The notes beneath the pieces are model-generated. The model searched no databases. It was not told the origin of the DNA and saw nothing but the letters and a program-made list of their open reading frames with translations. Position numbers and translations under genes: made by a program. Below are positions 61,115-64,000 of a stretch of 64,000 nt of DNA, piece by piece (positions within the stretch are counted from its first letter, which is position 1; each line of letters starts with the position of its first letter). The stretch spans positions 448,001 through 512,000 of the forward strand of contig OZ241867.1 in the NCBI GenBank assembly GCA_965203175.1. The letters are read 5' to 3'. This stretch comes from Candidatus Latescibacterota bacterium. GTDB lineage: Bacteria; Latescibacterota; UBA2968; UBA8231.

Positions 61115-62104
61115 CTACATCAGCTTGGGCAGCAGCAAAGCGAGGGCGACGCTGACGAGGAGGCCAGCGAGAATCTTCGCCAAATCGGATAGCACCAGCC
61201 GGGACACCTCTTGGCGGCTGCGGTGCTTCTCGTTCCAGGCGATGGCGATCTCGCGTCCAGCCAACAGACCGACGAAAACCCAAGTCGTGCTCATCGGGAT
61301 GTGGCTGAGCTCCTTGAACACAAACAGCACGATCCCGTAGATCAGGTCCACGAACGTCGCCGAGCGGATGTCGGTGGTGTTCGTCTTGGTCAGCACTACC
61401 TTCTGGATGGCACCGCCGTGGTTGTAAAAGATGAAGGCGAGCAAGCCCAGTATGATGGCGATGCTGACTATGAACCATCCAACAGCTAGGTCTGGCGTCC
61501 GACTGACCGGGTCTCGCGGCAGAAAAACATAGATATTGGCCAAGTCCTGTATCAGCCACTGGCTCCAGAGAAAACCAGTCGAACACCACTGGGCCACAAC
61601 CCACCAAGGACTCGTCAGCCCTTCCGTCCGGTTAAAACGAGACTCGAGGCTCCGGGCGACCAACTTGTACACGACGATGGCGACCACGAAGGCCGTCGCA
61701 TACCCCAGCAACGACTTGAGCAACATGCTCGACAGCGCCTTTGGTGCGAAGATCGTCAGCGTCAGGAAGGTAGTGCTGACCGGGACACCCCAGCGGGTCA
61801 GCAAGAGCAGGACGAAGGGAGGGACGCAGTAAACCCAGCTAAAGTGGTCCGGCACCGGGATCGCCTCCAGCCTGCCGTAGGAAACATCCCCACTATGTGC
61901 CACCCACCCATACACGAGGACCATCGTTATGATGCCGCCGGCAAAGAGCCAGAGTACCCACCACGGACGGTGGGAATTGGAACTGAGAAAGGTCCCCAGA
62001 GTCTGAATCGCATCGTTGCCGACGATCGAATACGAGCCGAGCAAGAATCCGAACGAGCCGAGCACGAACCCGGTGATCATTAGTGCTTCCTGACTCATTT
62101 TCAA
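61115..62104 (-). CDS. Integral membrane protein, PiT/phosphate permease-like
   Basis: GNDAIQTLG, GVPVSTT, QDLAN and IPMSTT resemble the duplicated PHO4 signature; many TM segments. Confidence 0.72.
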   Translation of the reverse strand: MKMSQEALMITGFVLGSFGFLLGSYSIVGNDAIQTLGTFLSSNSHRPWWVLWLFAGGIITMVLVYGWVAHSGDVSYGRLEAIPVPDHFSWVYCVPPFVLLLLTRWGVPVSTTFLTLTIFAPKALSSMLLKSLLGYATAFVVAIVVYKLVARSLESRFNRTEGLTSPWWVVAQWCSTGFLWSQWLIQDLANIYVFLPRDPVSRTPDLAVGWFIVSIAIILGLLAFIFYNHGGAIQKVVLTKTNTTDIRSATFVDLIYGIVLFVFKELSHIPMSTTWVFVGLLAGREIAIAWNEKHRSRQEVSRLVLSDLAKILAGLLVSVALALLLPKLM

Positions 62105-62281
62105 TGCTCCTCGGGAGTTTTCGATAATATCTTAGAAATGAGGATCGGCCATTTCGCCGGGCAAAGGTATTTACTTAGCCGCAGCCGAGCAATGGTCAGG
62201 CTGCACGACAAAACAATTTGGCCCCAGCCCACTGCGCCATTACTTTTTCGGGTCACCATTCACCGCATCCTCGAGCTATTT

Positions 62282-64000
62282 ATGACAGCTAGAATCCTCG
62301 CCGCCCTCCTCCTCTTCGCCCTACCCATTCAAGCCAAAACTCGGATCGAAGCGGCCTATGAAGCCGGCGAACTCGATTTGGAGACGGCCCTGATCTACCA
62401 AGTCCTCAGCGTGCGTGCGCCCGACCAACTGCCAGCCATTTACCGAGAGTCCGGCGGGCTGGCGGTTTGTGGAACCCCACACTTAGTCCAAGCCATGAGC
62501 GCGGCTCCAAGCTTGAGCGCCGAGTTCCAAGCGCGCTTGGGCAAGCTGGTGAAAGACCGGCCGGATGCCCAGCACAATCTCCTCTCGCCATCGGGACACT
62601 TTCGCGTCCACTACGATACCGAAGGAGTCAACGCGGTCTCGCGCAAGGATGCTGATACCAACGGCATTCCAGACTACATCGACCTCACTCTCGCCATCCT
62701 CGACAGCACTTGGGTACGCGAAATTGAACAACTCGGCTACAACCCGCCTCTTTCGGACAATGGCCTGGGCGGTGGCGACGAATACGACGTTTATATTGTT
62801 GAGCTAGGAGTCGGCAGGAGTTTTTATGGGTTCGCCTATCCTGGGACGTCCGGTGCAACCACCTACAGCCACCTCGAAATCGACAACAACTTTACCGACC
62901 CAGGCTACAAGCAGACCCGCGGACTGGACGCCCTGCGCGTGACCATCGCCCACGAGTTCCACCACGCCATCCAGTTTGGCTACTACGCGACATTCGACGG
63001 CAGTTGGTGGCAGGAGTCAACCTCGACTTGGATGGAGGAAGTGGTCTATCCGCAGATTGACGATTATCTCCAGTATTTGACCTACTTCCTCGGCGAACCC
63101 CAACGCGCCCTCAACTCCGGCCCTTATCAAAGCCTCCACACCTACGGCTCCGCGATCTTTTCTCTCTTCCTCGATCAGCACTACGGCCGCGAGCTCAACC
63201 GCCTGATCTGGGAAGAAGTGGGCCAGCGCAAAAGCGTCAATCTCGATCATTTCGACCGCGTCATCCGCCAAGTCGAGCCGGGCGGATTGGGCGTTGTCAT
63301 GAGCGAATTTGCCGTGTGGAACTATTTCACCGGCACTCGCCACCGCGACGAATACTATGCCGAAGCAGACAAATACCCGTTCGTCCCCACCCGCGACATC
63401 GCCGTCGATGCCGAAGCGGTCACCCGCGACACCAGCTTAGTCGATGCCACCGGCAGCGTCTATCTGCGCCTTGAGCCGCAACTGCGTCCAGGCGGAGTCG
63501 ATCTGTTCTTTGACGCCAACCAAGGGGCGTGGCGTCGCCACTTGCTCTTAGTCGGTCCAGACAGCGTCTCCGTGCAGCTAGTCTCCGAGCCGACGATCCG
63601 CGTCAGCGGCTGGGATCAGTTCGACGAGGTCGTCCTCGTCGCCACCTCGGCTGAGCGCACCGGCTTGGCCTACCAGCACCTCTTCACCGCGCAATTCGAT
63701 CCCGACCTGACCGACGTGCCGGTCGCTTCGGCCACTAATTTCCCCAACCCGTTCCACCCAGCCGCTTTGGCCGCCAACTACCCCAACCCATTCCGCCCCG
63801 GCCAACACCCGTATACTCGGTTGGCGTTCGCGCTAGCTGTCCCCAGCAGAAAAACCCACCTGTCGATCTTTACCGCCAACGGTACGCTCATCTGGGAGCA
63901 AGACTTAGGCCCGCGCCGGGCGAGCGCAAACCACGCCGTGCTGTGGGATGGGCGCAACCTCGCTGGCAACCTCGTAGCCAGCGGCATCTATCACCTACTG
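62282..64000 (+). CDS. Secreted zinc metalloprotease (MXAN_6640-like) with FlgD/T9SS-like tail (partial; absent from ORF track)
   Basis: Hand translation: MTARILAALLLFALPIQA signal, CGT propeptide motif, HFRVHY, NGIPDY, AHEFHHAIQ (HExxH), WWQESTSTWME, NYPNPF...WDGRN..G..VASGIY; open to the window end. Confidence 0.88.
   Translation, partial: MTARILAALLLFALPIQAKTRIEAAYEAGELDLETALIYQVLSVRAPDQLPAIYRESGGLAVCGTPHLVQAMSAAPSLSAEFQARLGKLVKDRPDAQHNLLSPSGHFRVHYDTEGVNAVSRKDADTNGIPDYIDLTLAILDSTWVREIEQLGYNPPLSDNGLGGGDEYDVYIVELGVGRSFYGFAYPGTSGATTYSHLEIDNNFTDPGYKQTRGLDALRVTIAHEFHHAIQFGYYATFDGSWWQESTSTWMEEVVYPQIDDYLQYLTYFLGEPQRALNSGPYQSLHTYGSAIFSLFLDQHYGRELNRLIWEEVGQRKSVNLDHFDRVIRQVEPGGLGVVMSEFAVWNYFTGTRHRDEYYAEADKYPFVPTRDIAVDAEAVTRDTSLVDATGSVYLRLEPQLRPGGVDLFFDANQGAWRRHLLLVGPDSVSVQLVSEPTIRVSGWDQFDEVVLVATSAERTGLAYQHLFTAQFDPDLTDVPVASATNFPNPFHPAALAANYPNPFRPGQHPYTRLAFALAVPSRKTHLSIFTANGTLIWEQDLGPRRASANHAVLWDGRNLAGNLVASGIYHLL

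Noticed and set aside
62406-63987. Short ORFs listed in the last 1.7 kb
   Set aside because: Explained by the single open plus-strand metalloprotease frame starting at 62282

Overview
Bacterial chromosomal window, GC-rich and coding-dense. Its protein styles suggest an FCB-superphylum lineage such as Ca. Latescibacterota, possibly a marine or sponge symbiont (inference only): T9SS/FlgD-like C-terminal tails, dockerin/cohesin-like modules, a SWGxIK tail, a sulfatase and a heparinase-like lyase. Bases 1-17 kb hold a minus-strand tandem array of five secreted Ig-like proteins (Calx-beta/He_PIG modules); the four whose 3' ends are visible finish in a T9SS-like tail. The genes share near-identical 3' ends and a conserved, covarying intergenic stem-loop, and the four stalked members have a variable N-terminal slot. 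The remainder is mostly metabolic: TonB/ABC uptake, His-rich RcnA, gltBD with a divergent Lrp-like regulator, pntAB, hpf, gltA, CocE hydrolase, heparinase II/III-like protein, higBA plus a UDG-like gene, glutaminyl cyclase, moaB, uvrA, AAA-PD(D/E)XK, MetE-like protein, hemB, sulfatase, an ECF/anti-sigma pair facing an RDD-signal peptidase I fusion, and a partial secreted metalloprotease. No rRNA, tRNA, CRISPR array, integrase or transposase was seen. The best candidates for novel biology are the modular surface-protein array with its RNA hairpins and the ECF/anti-sigma/RDD-SPase module.
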